From the human T2T-CHM13v2.0 reference genome, Homo sapiens, in assembly GCF_009914755.1 (NCBI RefSeq), contig NC_060939.1: a DNA stretch of 64,000 nucleotides. One strand, written 5' to 3'. This document shows positions 11,920-27,648 of this stretch, in pieces. Numbering within the stretch: the first letter of the stretch is position 1; each line of letters starts with the position of its first letter. The translations under genes and the position numbers were made by a program. A model generated the notes under the pieces. The model did not search any database. It was not told the DNA's origin and worked only from the letters and a program-made list of their open reading frames with translations.

Positions 11920-12117
11920 TCAAAAGTAAAAAGAAAAAAAAAACCCAGGTCAGATTCCGATGCTCAGGCTCTCTGTAGCTTTGAATATGACACTGTGGCA
12001 TGGTTTTGCTCGCAAAGTGAAGACCTGACCTGTTCTGTTAGTAGGAGGCAGAGTTCAAAGACCCCCATCAATGACACCTACATGTACACTAAGACAGAGC
12101 AGCCCACAATATCTTAG

Positions 12118-12428
<311 letters not shown>

Positions 12429-13326
12429 AATATCTTAGTTTTTTATCCTGCAGGTGAATTTGAAATTTGAACTAGAAATAGACTATGACTATAAACAAGA
12501 AAACATTCTTTTTAACATTTTGGACGAGGCTTCAGAGGTTGTTTTACACAAAACCGAAGGAGGAAAGAGATCCTGGGAAGGGAATAAACCACCGTCAGTT
12601 AGAATGGCTTAACCATGTACTTGACCATTTTACGCCTCTCTCTGTTCTATGATTCAATACAAAACAAAGTGATTCCTAGTGCAGGAGTTAGTAAAAGCGT
12701 AACTTGGGCAAGGTGGATATTGCACAGGTTCATAATTTTTAAGTTTCACTATCCGAACTGTGCCCAAATCTGAGATGCCTTGCCAGGAGCCATCAAGCAT
12801 CCCTAAAAGTATCAAATCACTTCAAGTCACAGTGAAAACCAGGTCAGAGATAGAACACCAGACACATGGAATATCCCACCCTTCCCCCCACACAGCAGCA
12901 CAGGCTGTGCACCGTCTAACTCCGACAGGTGACATTTGCCGTTATGAATGATGCTGGAGACACAGAATACAGTGGCTCTGCACTGAATGCACATCCAGCT
13001 GGGTGGTGGACAGAGCATGGGCTTCTGCGTCAGGGTTTAAACAGTAGTTTCCTTCCTCTCCACTCCCCCCGTCCCTAAGCCAGGATTTCTGTCCCTTTTT
13101 TTCAAGGTGCTTAATTTTTAATAGGCATCTTTTTTTCCCCTCCCAGATCCTCCAACTGCCCCCTACAAAAGGTGGTGAGGGCAAGAATAACTAAGCCATG
13201 GTAGTCAATGAACTAGGATTATAATCTGGGAATATCTTGCTCTAAGTCCCCTGCATCTCCCCTCCCTGCTTCTTCCTCCTCCCTCAGTTGTCCATCCCCT
13301 GTCACAGATGAGCCCAAGTTACTTAC

Positions 13327-13371
13327 AGGGAGGTCTCCATCCAGCAAGGTGAGGCCTTTGTTGACTGCCAT
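13327..13371 (-). CDS. PLIN1: Perilipin-1 exon 2 coding part (MAVNKGLTLLDGDLP)
   Basis: ATG at 13371-13369 in AGGATGG context; exon spans 13327-13385; CCT|gtaagt donor. Confidence 0.96.
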
Positions 13372-13606
13372 CCTCGCTCCTCAAGCTGCAAAACAGAGTC
13401 CCAGGTCCCATCAGAAGCCCTCAGGCTTGAGCTCCACTGGGTCACTTCCCTACCTCTCATGGCCACCAACTAGGCCCAGGCTGCCTGGGGGCCCATTTGC
13501 CCTGAACAGAAGGCATTAGGTTGGAGGGTGAATATCACACACAATAGCCCCACTCCTTAGGGTCCCATAGCAATGAGTTGCTCCATAGCTTACTTGTCAA
13601 GACTGA

Positions 13607-14498
<892 letters not shown>

Positions 14499-14739
14499 CT
14501 AAAACAAGAAGTTTCAAGCTGGGTGCACTGGCAAGCACCTGTAATCCCAGCTACTGAGGCTGACATGGGAGAATTGCTTGAGCCCAGGAGTTTGAGATCA
14601 GCCTGGGCAATACAGTGAGATGCCCATCTCTAAAAAAATAAATAAACAAGTTAAAGGTTTCATCTTTGAAAAGGCTCTGGGTTAATTCCTCTATTTCTCT
14701 CTTTCTCTCTGTCTGTCCCTCTCCCCCTCTCCCTATCTG

Positions 14740-15030
14740 TTTTTTGAGACAGGGTCTCAATCTGTTGCCCAGGATGGAATGTGGTGGCACGATCATGGCT
14801 CAATGCAGCCTTGACCTCCTGGGATCAAGGTACCCTCCCACCTCAGCCTCTCATGTAGCTGGGACTACAGGCATGCACCACAATGCAGGGCTAATTTTTT
14901 CTCTTTTTTTATAGAGACAGGATCCCACTGTGTTGCCCAGGTTGTTCTTGAACTCCTGGGCTCAAGTGATCCACCTGCCTTGGCCACCTGCAGTGCTGGG
15001 ATTAAAGGCATGATCCACTGTGCCTATCCA
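14740..15030 (-). mobile_element. Alu (J-like)
   Basis: Antisense Alu. Confidence 0.88.
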
Positions 15031-15132
15031 ATTCCTCTATTTCTAGATTCTGGTATCTATACCAGAATCTCTCCCTCAGTAGTTTCCCTGCAGAGTTTTT
15101 CATCCCCAGCAAAATCCCCAAGAGGCCCTTAC

Positions 15133-15250
15133 CTTCAACTTCTTCCCTTTAATGTTCATAAACAAGCCATGTAAGGCAGGTGCCCCAGGACCCCAACACT
15201 CACTCCGGCTGACCGCCACCTCAGTCTCACAGAGCCCAGGCTGCAGAGTG
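15133..15250 (-). other. PLIN1: PLIN1 non-coding exon 1 (donors after 15133 and 15204)
   Basis: GAAG|gtaagg and GGA|gtgagt donors; sequence matches the PLIN1 5'UTR as recalled; 5' end approximate. Confidence 0.8.
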
Positions 15251-15400
15251 TCTCCTCAGGCAGAAACAATTCCTGTCACTCCTGGGAGGCTTGGGCAATG
15301 CTGCTTCCACCTCCCAGCTAGAGGAGGGCAGAGAGGGAGAGACAACAGGGTCAGCCAGTTGTCATGGTTATATGACCCAGGGTTCCCCAGGCATATCCTA
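15251..15400 (-). promoter_or_regulatory. PLIN1: PLIN1 proximal promoter with C/EBP-like site TTGGGCAAT (15291-15299)
   Basis: Position upstream of exon 1; one mismatch to TTGCGCAAT. Confidence 0.5.
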
Positions 15401-16630
15401 ACTTCTCTAAGGACATTTAGCAAACAAGGAGGTAGGTGGCAGAGCTGAAGGAGATCCAGGCTCAGAGGACTTAGTATTCCAGAGCCATGAAGCATCAGTT
15501 CTGTAATGTTCCTGCCCTCAATTCACAAAAATCTGCTTTCCAGAAAGAAGGTATAGGGATAGACATCATTAAACTCAAAAGCTCTAAAGTTCTATATACC
15601 TCTGCAATCTTTTGGCTCCTTTTCCATAGAGGGTCTTGTGGGAGTTTTCAATCCATTTCTCTCATCTTTTCTTATTTACTAGCAAGACTGAATGCTGAAC
15701 AGTAAAATTTAAACCCACACAGAAGAGTTCATCTGAATGTATTCATCTTTGATTATGGAGATAAATTGCCCTCAGTGAAGAAGCGACAGAGCCGGGAGTT
15801 GAGTTTTTGACAATATAGCCTTTGAGTTGAGGGAGGAATTCCCACTTCTTAGAATTCAAAAAAATTTATTGAACTTTACCTGGCCTAAGATGCTACCAGA
15901 ATGAAGAGTAGGAGAGCCAAGTAGATTTTTATTCTCCTGGGTCTGGATAAGCGACAGTGTTGACTAGGATTCTATCACTAATCAAGAGCACCCAGACAGC
16001 CAAGAATTAGCACCACTCAACCCTTCTTTACCCAGGACTCAAGCACAAGCCCAAGTTCTAGTTCCTGGCTTTAGATATGATGGAGGACTATGGTATAAGC
16101 CATAGCTTTCAGATTAACTAAGAAGGGCCTCTTCATGAAAACAGACAATAGGAAAACAAAACTTATTTTCTTTGTTGCTGGTGGAATTATATGTATTGTT
16201 GACTCTGTTAAGTCACACAGTGTGGGCAAGAGAAGAAAGAGGCAGGGGTGGGGAATTATGAAAGATCCTTGGTAATAAATTACGTATCTGTGATGCAATA
16301 AAGTAGGGAATGAGAAGGCAGGAAAGGGAGGAGTCAAGCAGGGAGGCTTCAAAGGAGTAATACGCTATACGTTTAATACTTATTGATCCAACCTGTGCTT
16401 TTCAAATGTAAGGCAGTAGAGAAGACAAAGTATTTAAAGAAGTGGCCTCTGCCCTCACCTCAAGGTTCAGCACAAATTATCTGTGAGGCTGTGACTGGAC
16501 AGCAACCTGAGCCAAAGGGCAGTTTTCAGCCTTCAGAGTAGTGGCTTTGGGCCAGAGGGAACATAGGGCTTTGTGCCTGAAAGCTCTGCCAAATCAAATA
16601 GTCCTTTGGCTGCTTTAGCTGGGAGTGCAG

Positions 16631-16665
16631 AATGTGGGTGAGAGGTGAGAAGTGGTGAAAGGGCC
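16631..16665 (+). promoter_or_regulatory. PPAR response element (DR1) GGGTGA-G-AGGTGA with AATGT 5' extension, plus adjacent DR1-like TGGTGA-A-AGGGCC
   Basis: Motif seen ~1.4 kb upstream of PLIN1; resembles the mouse Plin1/Pex11a shared PPRE. Confidence 0.7.
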
Positions 16666-18069
16666 TAGGAGAGTCCCGAGGGAAGACAGAAGTGTTAGTT
16701 TTCTAGCAGTAGCTTGCAGGGCATAGAGTTCTATCTTCTTTCCTTCTCCGTACCTACCTGCTTTCCCTACCCCTCCACCAAGTGAGAGCAGGGACCTAGG
16801 TCATCTTGCTCACAAGTGGATACCCAAAACCATGCATGGCACTCAAACATTCATTGTTGAATAAATGAATTGTCAGGCAACAATGCTCAGTTGTGAATGT
16901 GCTGGGCTGTACATCTACGAAGAACTTCTTCGATTTTTGGCATCCCTCATGAATGTGGAGGCTCTGGGGTGGAAAACATTAGTTACAAAGAAGGATTCAC
17001 AGGGTGGTACCAGGACACCATTAAGGTTTACACAAACCTCTTAGAAGAGGTAGTATTTCCCAAACTCCCCACCACTCACCATTGCAGAGGACAAAAGTAC
17101 CAAGATGGATACCACTGTAACATAACATACCACCATGAATTCAAGGCAGACTTACCTAGGCAGAAGCCAGCCAGCGATTGACAGGGCTACTGTAGAGCAC
17201 CATCTCCATGGCAGCAGTCTAGATGAGTTCATTTCAGAGGTCCCTCTCAACCCAGAGGCTCTACATCTCAATCTTTCTCCATCCTCCTCCTCAGCCTGGA
17301 TCTTCTAGCCCAGAGCTCGCTGTACCAACTGTGTAGGCTGATTGAGGATTATCTGATGGATTGCCTTATGTTTAACTCTTCTCTCTTCCCAGAACACACT
17401 CACAGACACAAGTCAATTTTGTCTAGAAATTTATTGAACATAGTTAATCTATTACAGTAGAGGATCTGGACAATAAAAATAGTTATTTAAGCTTTTTATT
17501 TTCCCTGACCTAGTAGCTTTCATGTCTCTTAAAATTCCCTAAATTTTATTTCTCAAATCCCATATCGTGATTGGTTAAACAGACAGCCAAGAATCTGAGT
17601 CTATTTTTTGAGAATCTCAATCACATTTCTGGGAAATGTGACTTATTGAGTACATATTTATTTTCTCATTTCCATTCAGATAAATGACACAGCTTTGCTG
17701 GGAGGACTGACATCGGCCTCCTACCTGCTGGCATCCTATTTCTCTACCTCACCTCCCTCAAACTAAAGGATCTGTAACCACATATAAAGACCCACACCCA
17801 AGATGGCAGATAGGAACACAAGTCAATGTCATTGACTCAGCATTCCATTGTCCTCTTCACTGGCTTCCTCCTGCGCTTTCCACCTCCCTCAATCACCCTA
17901 GAAATAAGATGTCTGATTTATCGTAGAAAATTGTGACTCTCTTACATCTGGAGTATTCATGAAATTTTTTTGACTGGATAAATTTTGATGAAAATTAATG
18001 TAGAATTGCCTAAATTGTTAGAAGGATTTAAATAAAACAATCTAACTGATAAGTCTAAATACTGTCTTA

Positions 18070-18533
<464 letters not shown>

Positions 18534-19258
18534 TAGCCTCAGTTTTTTGTTTGTCTCACTGTCAGCTTCTTATCTGTCACAGGCTACATATAGGCACCCA
18601 TTGTGACCCTGTACCTATTTTTATAAGTCCCTCCGGTCTGCTTCTGATTTTTGCTTATTCACTGCACCCATAGACACAATTTATACCATGAAGGTGCCTG
18701 ATGCTTTTCTGATTCTACTTCTGCACAGAGCAAGGACATGAGTGCAGTGATGGTATAAGGGCCAACAAGTTGAGAGGCTGTAAGCCCAGCTCTCCTCCAT
18801 CCTGCTACTGACATCAGAGCCTCTACTAGATCTGAGAGTGCCATGCACCAGACCTACTGTAATCGTGAAACCAATGATCCATATGACCCTAAAGTTATTG
18901 TATACTGGTGTTCAATGATCAGTGCGATTGGGTCTTTTTAAATTTTTTCCTTTCAATTTTTATTCATTCAGCAAATACTAAGCTCCCACTATGCACATAA
19001 GAGATGTTCAATCAATGTTAGATGAAGGGAAAATATTCAGAAATTCACAAGTCACTCCAGCACTCCAAAAACATACAACTCTTCATGCTCCTCCCTTCTC
19101 CGTTCTTGGCCTCATCTCTGCCCACATCACAGGTTGTTAAATGCTCACATGAACAAGAACTTAAGCACAGTATGACATGGCCTGTGACTTATACAAATGT
19201 CTGTCCCACCAAGAGGCCATCTTTTAAAGTAGGTACTAGTTCCAAGCCTAAAAACACC

Positions 19259-19830
19259 CTAACGGGTCTTCAGCTTCATCTGAGGATATGCCACAGTGAT
19301 CATGCCTGCTATAGAGGACACAAGACCTCCAAGTCCAATGATGCCAGGATTGGATTTATAGATCCCCAGCTGGTCCAAAGGGTTCAGGATATCACAAAGG
19401 TTCTTCACTGTGTCCAGGAGCAAGGGAGGATGCTGCTTCAGAGATCGGAATAAAAGAAGTAGAAAGGATTGGAGCCATTCTGTTTCCTCCTCAGCCACGC
19501 TGAACCAAAGAGGATCCTGGGATGCTGATTTCTCTTTCTTTGCCCTGTCACATGTAACTCGTTTCATCTGCAGGGAGATTTCATACAGATCCCTGACAAG
19601 GCTCAGCAGAAGAGAATAGTAGTAGTGGTGAGCAGCCCTCGTTCGCCATTTCTCTTTGTTGATGCCAGAGGTGAGACCTACGCTCCTCACCCAGAGGATG
19701 GTGTCACAGATGAAATAAATCACACGGTTCAGGTTGGCTAATGTTAAGCATAAGCGAGGTACCAGGTCAGTGGCATGAATGCTCTGCTCAGTTGCCTGTA
19801 TAGCATGTACCACATTGCCTAGTCTGAACC
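19259..19830 (-). CDS. PEX11A: PEX11A exon 3 (FRLGNVVHAIQ...YPQMKLKTR*)
   Basis: cag|GGTTCA acceptor; ORF track 19259..19849. Confidence 0.97.
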
Positions 19831-19908
19831 CTGCAAGTAGAACCCACAATAGTGAACAGTTATTTCATTAGTACACAACAGGAAGATAGAATCCCTGTAT
19901 CAGGGTGA

Positions 19909-20082
<174 letters not shown>

Positions 20083-20776
20083 TAGCACTGGTCTTTTTAA
20101 CAACTGATGGTCATTAAAGGCTCAGCCTTTGTTCAGAAAAAGAGAAAGATTTTACAGTACATTAAGGACACCTAAAGTGATCTTGGAAGGCAAAAAATAC
20201 AGTGACTCTTTAAATTTACCTCCTCCATTGTAATGAACACCTTAATGTTGACTGACGGCATACTCCAGGCAAGGTCAATCATGAGTGTGGACTGTTACAT
20301 TTGATTATTTACCAGCTACACTTCTTTAGAAGGAAGGTACTATGATAACATGAACTCCAGATGCAATACTCTCTTGGAGAGTCTGATGCCTTGCATTTTA
20401 TTTATTTTCCAGACAAAAGACTGTCTTTTTAAAAAACACTATTATCATTTTGCCATTTCTCTGGTCCAAACCCCTTTTGGCTACCTATTGTCAAGAAGAT
20501 AAAGTAGAGATGGTAGAATTTAATGGATAGAACAATTAATAATATTGTCACAGAGCTCCTAGTTGAATTAAATCAACCATTGCAATGGCACGTCCTTATG
20601 TGAGCATGTAATTCAATTAATCAGGGATGCATCAATCAATAGGTACTTACTGAACACCTTCTGAGAAAGAGTTATAGTACTAAATGTCACGGAGGATACA
20701 AAAGAAGTACTTTTCCTTGAAGGATCATACCTTAGACTCAGGAGGTGCTCAGAAGTAGCTACTCTCAGAAAACTTA

Positions 20777-21126
<350 letters not shown>

Positions 21127-22312
21127 TTATCAAAAATAACATAAAATAGTAAAATAGTATATGTAATGACTATTTTAGTATATAGATTCTGGGTTCCAGT
21201 TCTGGCCCTTGCACTAACTGGCTGAATGACCCTGGATAAGCCCCTTCTGGACTTACAGACTAGTGACCTCTAAAGGACCTTTCAGCTCCAACATTCTAAA
21301 TAATCTAAATAGAATTTCTAATCTTGGCCTTCAGTGCCATCCAGAAAAGCTCGCCCTACCCTTCCCATCCCTCTGCTTGACAATTTAAATCTGTCAAACT
21401 AGTTTTGTAGTTTGACAATGATCCTCCCATACAATGGTTTACTCAGTTCTGAGCCTTTATTAGAGAAAACTGCCCTTCGAAACTCTCTTCTTCCTTCTCT
21501 CTAGCCTCACCTCAAGTTCCACCTCCTCTAAAACACCTTTCTTTTCCTCTACCTCAGCCAACAAGTTTGGCACTAAATCTTATATATCATTATTTAAAGC
21601 ACCTTACTTCTCCCATAAGGCTCAGGAATGTACCTATATAACATAGGTGCTCAAAACCAACTGATCAATATGTGATGCTCTACATTCCATTCTAATGCCT
21701 CTGCTAACCTACTATAGCAACATCTGGTTTTCATCAAACAACAAAGACTCAGAAAGGCAATTGCTATGAAAAGTACTGGATTTCCCAGTATGACATATTA
21801 TTAAAGTAAATTTAATAAACACAAAATATTGATTTCACTTTTTACCTTTGGCATGAAACCTACCTCAAACATGGTCTACAAAAATGTATCCACCTATATA
21901 TCCTCTAGCACTCCTCAATAAAGGAAAAAGGCAGGTGGTCTAGGATATAACTATTCCACTCTTGTTTAGAACAAAGGGGCTCACAGGAGCAGAAGCTCAT
22001 GTCAGAGACTGCTAAAACATACTATGATTCTAAGAACTAAAGGTGAACTAACACGTTGTCTGTCTCACTGGTTATGATTCAGCAGAAAGATAAGGTGTAG
22101 CACCAGATGTGAACATAAGAGGGTGTTTATGAATGGTCTGCAGCAACACATTCAAACCTGTTGTGCCATGAGGACAGCCTTACTGGTCAATTTCACCAAT
22201 AAACTTGATTGACTAGAAATTAATGACCTAGAAATTACTCCGTGAATTACAGGGTCTGAGGCTGAGGATTCTAAACCAGGAGTCACTGTCCCTCAAGAAA
22301 CAGGGTACTTAC

Positions 22313-22428
22313 ATTTACGACCAGTGCTCACACTGGACTCCAGTTTCTTGAGCTTCATTACCACCTTCTCTTTGCCAGCTTTGGGCTCTAACAAATATCT
22401 AAGCAACATGCATGTGTACTGAGTGGCT
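22313..22428 (-). CDS. PEX11A: PEX11A exon 2 (ATQYTCMLLRYLLEPKAGKEKVVMKLKKLESSVSTGRK)
   Basis: cag|AGCCAC ... AAT|gtaagt; 116 nt. Confidence 0.97.
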
Positions 22429-22794
22429 CTGAAATGGAAAAAAAAAAATTGAGAAGAATGATTTACAAACCAAATAAAACTTAATTCAGGAAGTAAGGGA
22501 AAGAGAAACACATGCCTCCAGACAACATTTCCAAGACCATTTCTCATGTAGCAACTCTTACAAAAGCAAAATTCTGCAACAGTCATTCTACAGGAGAGCC
22601 AAAGGGTAGAACATGTCATGGAAATTTAACACAAAGGTAATGAAAACAAATTCTGCAATAATGCAGCCAATGTGCCTCCAAAAGGCCTTTTGCTGGCACA
22701 GAGAAATGGATATAGTCAAAGTGAGAAACTACAAAATCTCCCTCATGTTAAGTCTACAAAGATCCATATTCCTTCTCTTCCCCAGTGTAGATTT

Positions 22795-23103
<309 letters not shown>

Positions 23104-23739
23104 GATTTTCAGATTTCTAAAATGAACTTTTCTACCATGTACTTAACCTACCATCTATGTGACAGGACACAAACTCAAACCAGAACCAAATGAAAAGTCC
23201 ACAGTTTAAAGATTGTTTAATTTTTTATAAACGAAAGGACCAAATACACATCAGTACATAAATTAGTATAAATATGTTTTCATAGTTGTCTTTCAAAACT
23301 TATTCGTATTTTACATAAAATACAGGCAGAATCCTGCTTAATAATACTATATATTTAATAAAGTGATTATTGTCATGCTTACAAATAACAATGACTTACT
23401 AATATAAATGTAGGAGAAATTTTACATCACATAGTCACACATCCAAATCCATTTGGCAATCTACTAATAAAGTAGGTGCCTGGTTCCTACTGTCTTGTAA
23501 GTGCATTTGAATCCCTTTATGCTATAAATATTATTCTCAATAAAAATGCGGTACATTTTCATTTTCTAAAATAGTGAACTTGTTACTAGGAATGAAATAA
23601 AAAGAGAAGACTGGAATCATAAACAATCGCTTTCTCTTTTTTAAGTGTCCTTCCTGGTTACAGGACTGGTCATGTCAATGATTCTGCCTTTCTGAGCTTT
23701 GGTCTAATAATAAGGATCAGGCCAACAGTAAGACATTAC

Positions 23740-24156
23740 TTTTATTTATTTATTTTTGAAGTGAACATAAACTCGATTTTATTGTCTTCATAATAAAACA
23801 AAAGATGATACTTAGAACTGGATCACTTGGCCCTTTCTCTTCTTATCTCCTCCCAGTTCAAAATGCTGGCATCTTTTAATAGCCAGGATTCTCTTAGATC
23901 TTCACTGGGCTCAACACACTCAAGCTTTAGCACAAACTTCTTGGTAGTTTTAGACTTTTTCTGGAAAATCGGCTTAGTCTGCCCACCACAGCCACTCTGC
24001 TTCCTGTCATAATGCTGCTTTCCCTGGGCATACAGAGAATCCTTGCCCTTCTTGTACTATGTCACTTTGTGGGGTTGGTGCTTGCCACACTTCTTACAGT
24101 CTGACAGGTTTTAGGAATGTTCACCGTGTTTGCATGAGCATTATTGGCACAGAAAG
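23740..24156 (-). pseudogene. Processed pseudogene of ribosomal protein L36a (RPL36A/eL42)
   Basis: Intronless; translates to [25 protein letters not shown]...[16 protein letters not shown]; start ATG>ACG (24125-24127), nonsense TAG (24057-24059), two small deletions; 5' pyrimidine leader, AATAAA and A-rich tail retained. Confidence 0.93.
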
Positions 24157-24269
24157 CAAGGTATTATTTTATGAATGCCAGTGTGGTCATAAAGGTTATA
24201 CAGATCATCAAGGAGGTTGGGAAATGAATGCTAGAGATCTCAGATCTTTTGGAATAAACATATCTTAAA

Positions 24270-24570
24270 TTATTATTATTATTATTTTTCGAGACAGAGT
24301 CTCGCTCTGTTGCCCAGGCTGGAGGGTAGTGGTGCGTTCTTGGCTCTCTGCAAACTCCGCCTCCCGGATTCAAGCGATTCTCCTGCCTCAGCCTCCTGAG
24401 TAGCTGGGATTACAGGCACGTGCCATCACGCCCAGCTAATTTTTGCATATTTAGTAGAGATGGGGTTTCACCATGTTGGCCAGGCTGGTCCCGAACTCCT
24501 GACCTCATGATCTGCCCACCTCAGCCTCCCAAAGTGCTGGGACTACAGGTGTGAGTCACTGAACCCGGCC
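24270..24570 (-). mobile_element. Alu (S-like)
   Basis: Antisense Alu. Confidence 0.92.
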
Positions 24571-24594
24571 TAAATGATGATGATTATTATTTTT

Positions 24595-24894
<300 letters not shown>

Positions 24895-25726
24895 AAATGA
24901 TTATTTTTTTAACCAACTTCCTTGATAAACCCTGCAGGGTACATTCTAGGTACACTGGAATTACAGGTTTCTATTTAATGAAATTTCTATTTAATGAAGC
25001 TTGTATATAAAGTAACCATTTAAAAAACCTATCAAACTAATGAGAAAGCCAGTATAGCTTGGTAGTTAAGTGGGCACTGGAGTCATTTGCGGGGATGTGA
25101 ATCCCTCAGTTCTGCCATGTAGTACCTATTAACCTCTTTCTGCTTCAGTTTCTCCATCTGAAGTGGGTAAAATATTTAGAGTATCTACCTCATAGGGTTG
25201 TGATGAGGGTTATATAAGTTCATAGTTGCAAAACACTGGGAACAATAGCTGTCATAAAGATGGCTTCCAAAAGCCTCATTATTGGGGCCATTCTAATTGA
25301 TCTGTTTGTATCAGCACTTGCACACCCAGAAGAGAATGCAGAGCTGTTAAATAAAACTGCAACTGTAAATATTTTTTAATTAAGCAAGAATCAACCAAAT
25401 CTCTAAAACATCATGAACTAGTACTGTATTCGTATTAAAGATACAATCTCTCAGTTCTTTTCGTTTCTTATGGAACCAAAAGAAAAAGAGACACAATCTC
25501 TGTTTAATATTTTCAGTAGCACAGCATGAACCTTAGAGGTGCAGTTAGTTCTTTCTGAGCTTCTCCCCACTGTATTTCCCCCCAATCCAGTTGGTGTGGT
25601 CTCATCCCCGCTATATTTTGTTTTACAATTTACAAAACTATTCCACATGCAGTATCTCAATGATACAGCCTGGGTAATAATGGAAGAGAACTTCTGTCTC
25701 TCCTCAAACATTTCAAGAGGTATTTG

Positions 25727-26015
<289 letters not shown>

Positions 26016-26455
26016 AAGAGAGATATTTGAAGTCACACCAAGTGGTTTGCTTCCCTAGCCACAAATACTAATCCAAAGTTTCTCTTTAAAGGAGATCCCT
26101 CGGAAGAATGTTGAGTGGAGAGAACCAATCTTTCTGTGCCCGGAGAGCAAAGTTAGGAGGGGAGGAGGATCTGTCAGCCGGTGTCCCGTCGTCGGCGGTC
26201 TCGAGGCGGCTAGGGTGCCAGGCACTGGGGCTTTCGTGCACGGGGCTAGGACGGGACGCGGGTGCGTTGGGCCCACTCACGTTGAATTTAGGGTAAGGAG
26301 GGGCTCGGATACTAAACTCCCTCCGTAGGAGCTGGCAACGTCCTTCCTGCTTCCATCTACTAGGCTATCACCTCCTTTTTCCCGGGTGCAGGGGAATAGG
26401 CACGGGAGCCGAGTTAGGGCGAGAAAGGGGCGGAGGCCGCTGGCACCTGACTCAC

Positions 26456-26511
26456 CTGAAGAGTCGGTCCCGGCCCTGGGTCTGGTTGGTGAAGCGGGTG
26501 AAGGCGTCCAT
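26456..26511 (-). CDS. PEX11A: PEX11A exon 1 coding part (MDAFTRFTNQTQGRDRLF)
   Basis: GCCATGG Kozak; CAG|gtgagt donor; 56 nt. Confidence 0.97.
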
Positions 26512-26689
26512 GGCTTCTAGCCCAAAGGCCACGAGTCGCACGGGGCTCAGGCGTGGGTCCTCTGGGGCCCGTCGGATCCCCAGGGAACGGTCAGTCCCAG
26601 GTTATCCGCTGAGGGGGAGGGGCTGAGTCTCTCCGCCCCAGAGGGGGCGGGCGCACTTTCTGTAGAGCAACTTCGCGGACTTCCGGTTC

Positions 26690-26736
26690 AAGCCGGAAGT
26701 TGTGGTTACCAAGGCGACGCAACGCCGCCCGGCCAG
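26690..26736 (+). other. WDR93: WDR93 non-coding exon 1
   Basis: CAG|gtgagc donor at 26736/7 within the island; start approximate. Confidence 0.7.
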
Positions 26737-27315
26737 GTGAGCAAAACTGATCTTACCTTTGGATGCCGGGGCTCCCCTCGAGTCCCAGGACTCCCCTTTA
26801 CCTGTAGAGTCTCCTAGAGGAAAGTCTGAGGGGGTCCGTCTCCCCAGACTCGGGCGTTTCCGGATGCCTGACGCCTCCCCGCAGATCTCAGGTTCTCAGG
26901 AACCCGGGGTGATATCCCGAATGGTCTCTCCAGCCTCAGAACTCCCCTGAGCTCTTGCTTGGGACGGTGGGGCCTAATCATTTCCCAGCGCCGTGCCTCT
27001 TTCCCTTGAGCTACACCAGCTCTATGTCTGGTGAAGGAAGTGGTTAGGTCAGAGATAAGCCAATTTCACAGTGTGAACCTAGCATGGGAGGCGGATGAAG
27101 TGAGAAGATGTTCTGCTTGGATTATTGAACATTGAAAGAAGATTGTTACCTGAGGAAATCCTAAAAGAGTCATTATGAGCAAAGTGAAGCAAAAATAGAT
27201 TGCAATGAAATTGCACCGCTGAACATTCGTTCTGTGCGGCTTGAAGAAAAGGAGCCTTACCCACTCCGTGGCCGTAATTTTATAAAATGTACCCTCTATA
27301 ACCACAAAATAAGGT

Positions 27316-27648
<333 letters not shown>

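Larger units (their letters stand above)
26080..26995. promoter_or_regulatory. CpG island; bidirectional promoter of PEX11A and WDR93
   Basis: CpG-rich; GC boxes at 26633-26650; inverted ETS sites at 26679-26700; X-box at 26705-26718. Confidence 0.88.

Noticed and set aside
24968-24998. Short tandem duplications (also ~56531-56572 and ~57779-57815)
   Set aside because: Ordinary 15-20 bp slippage events in intronic or repeat DNA
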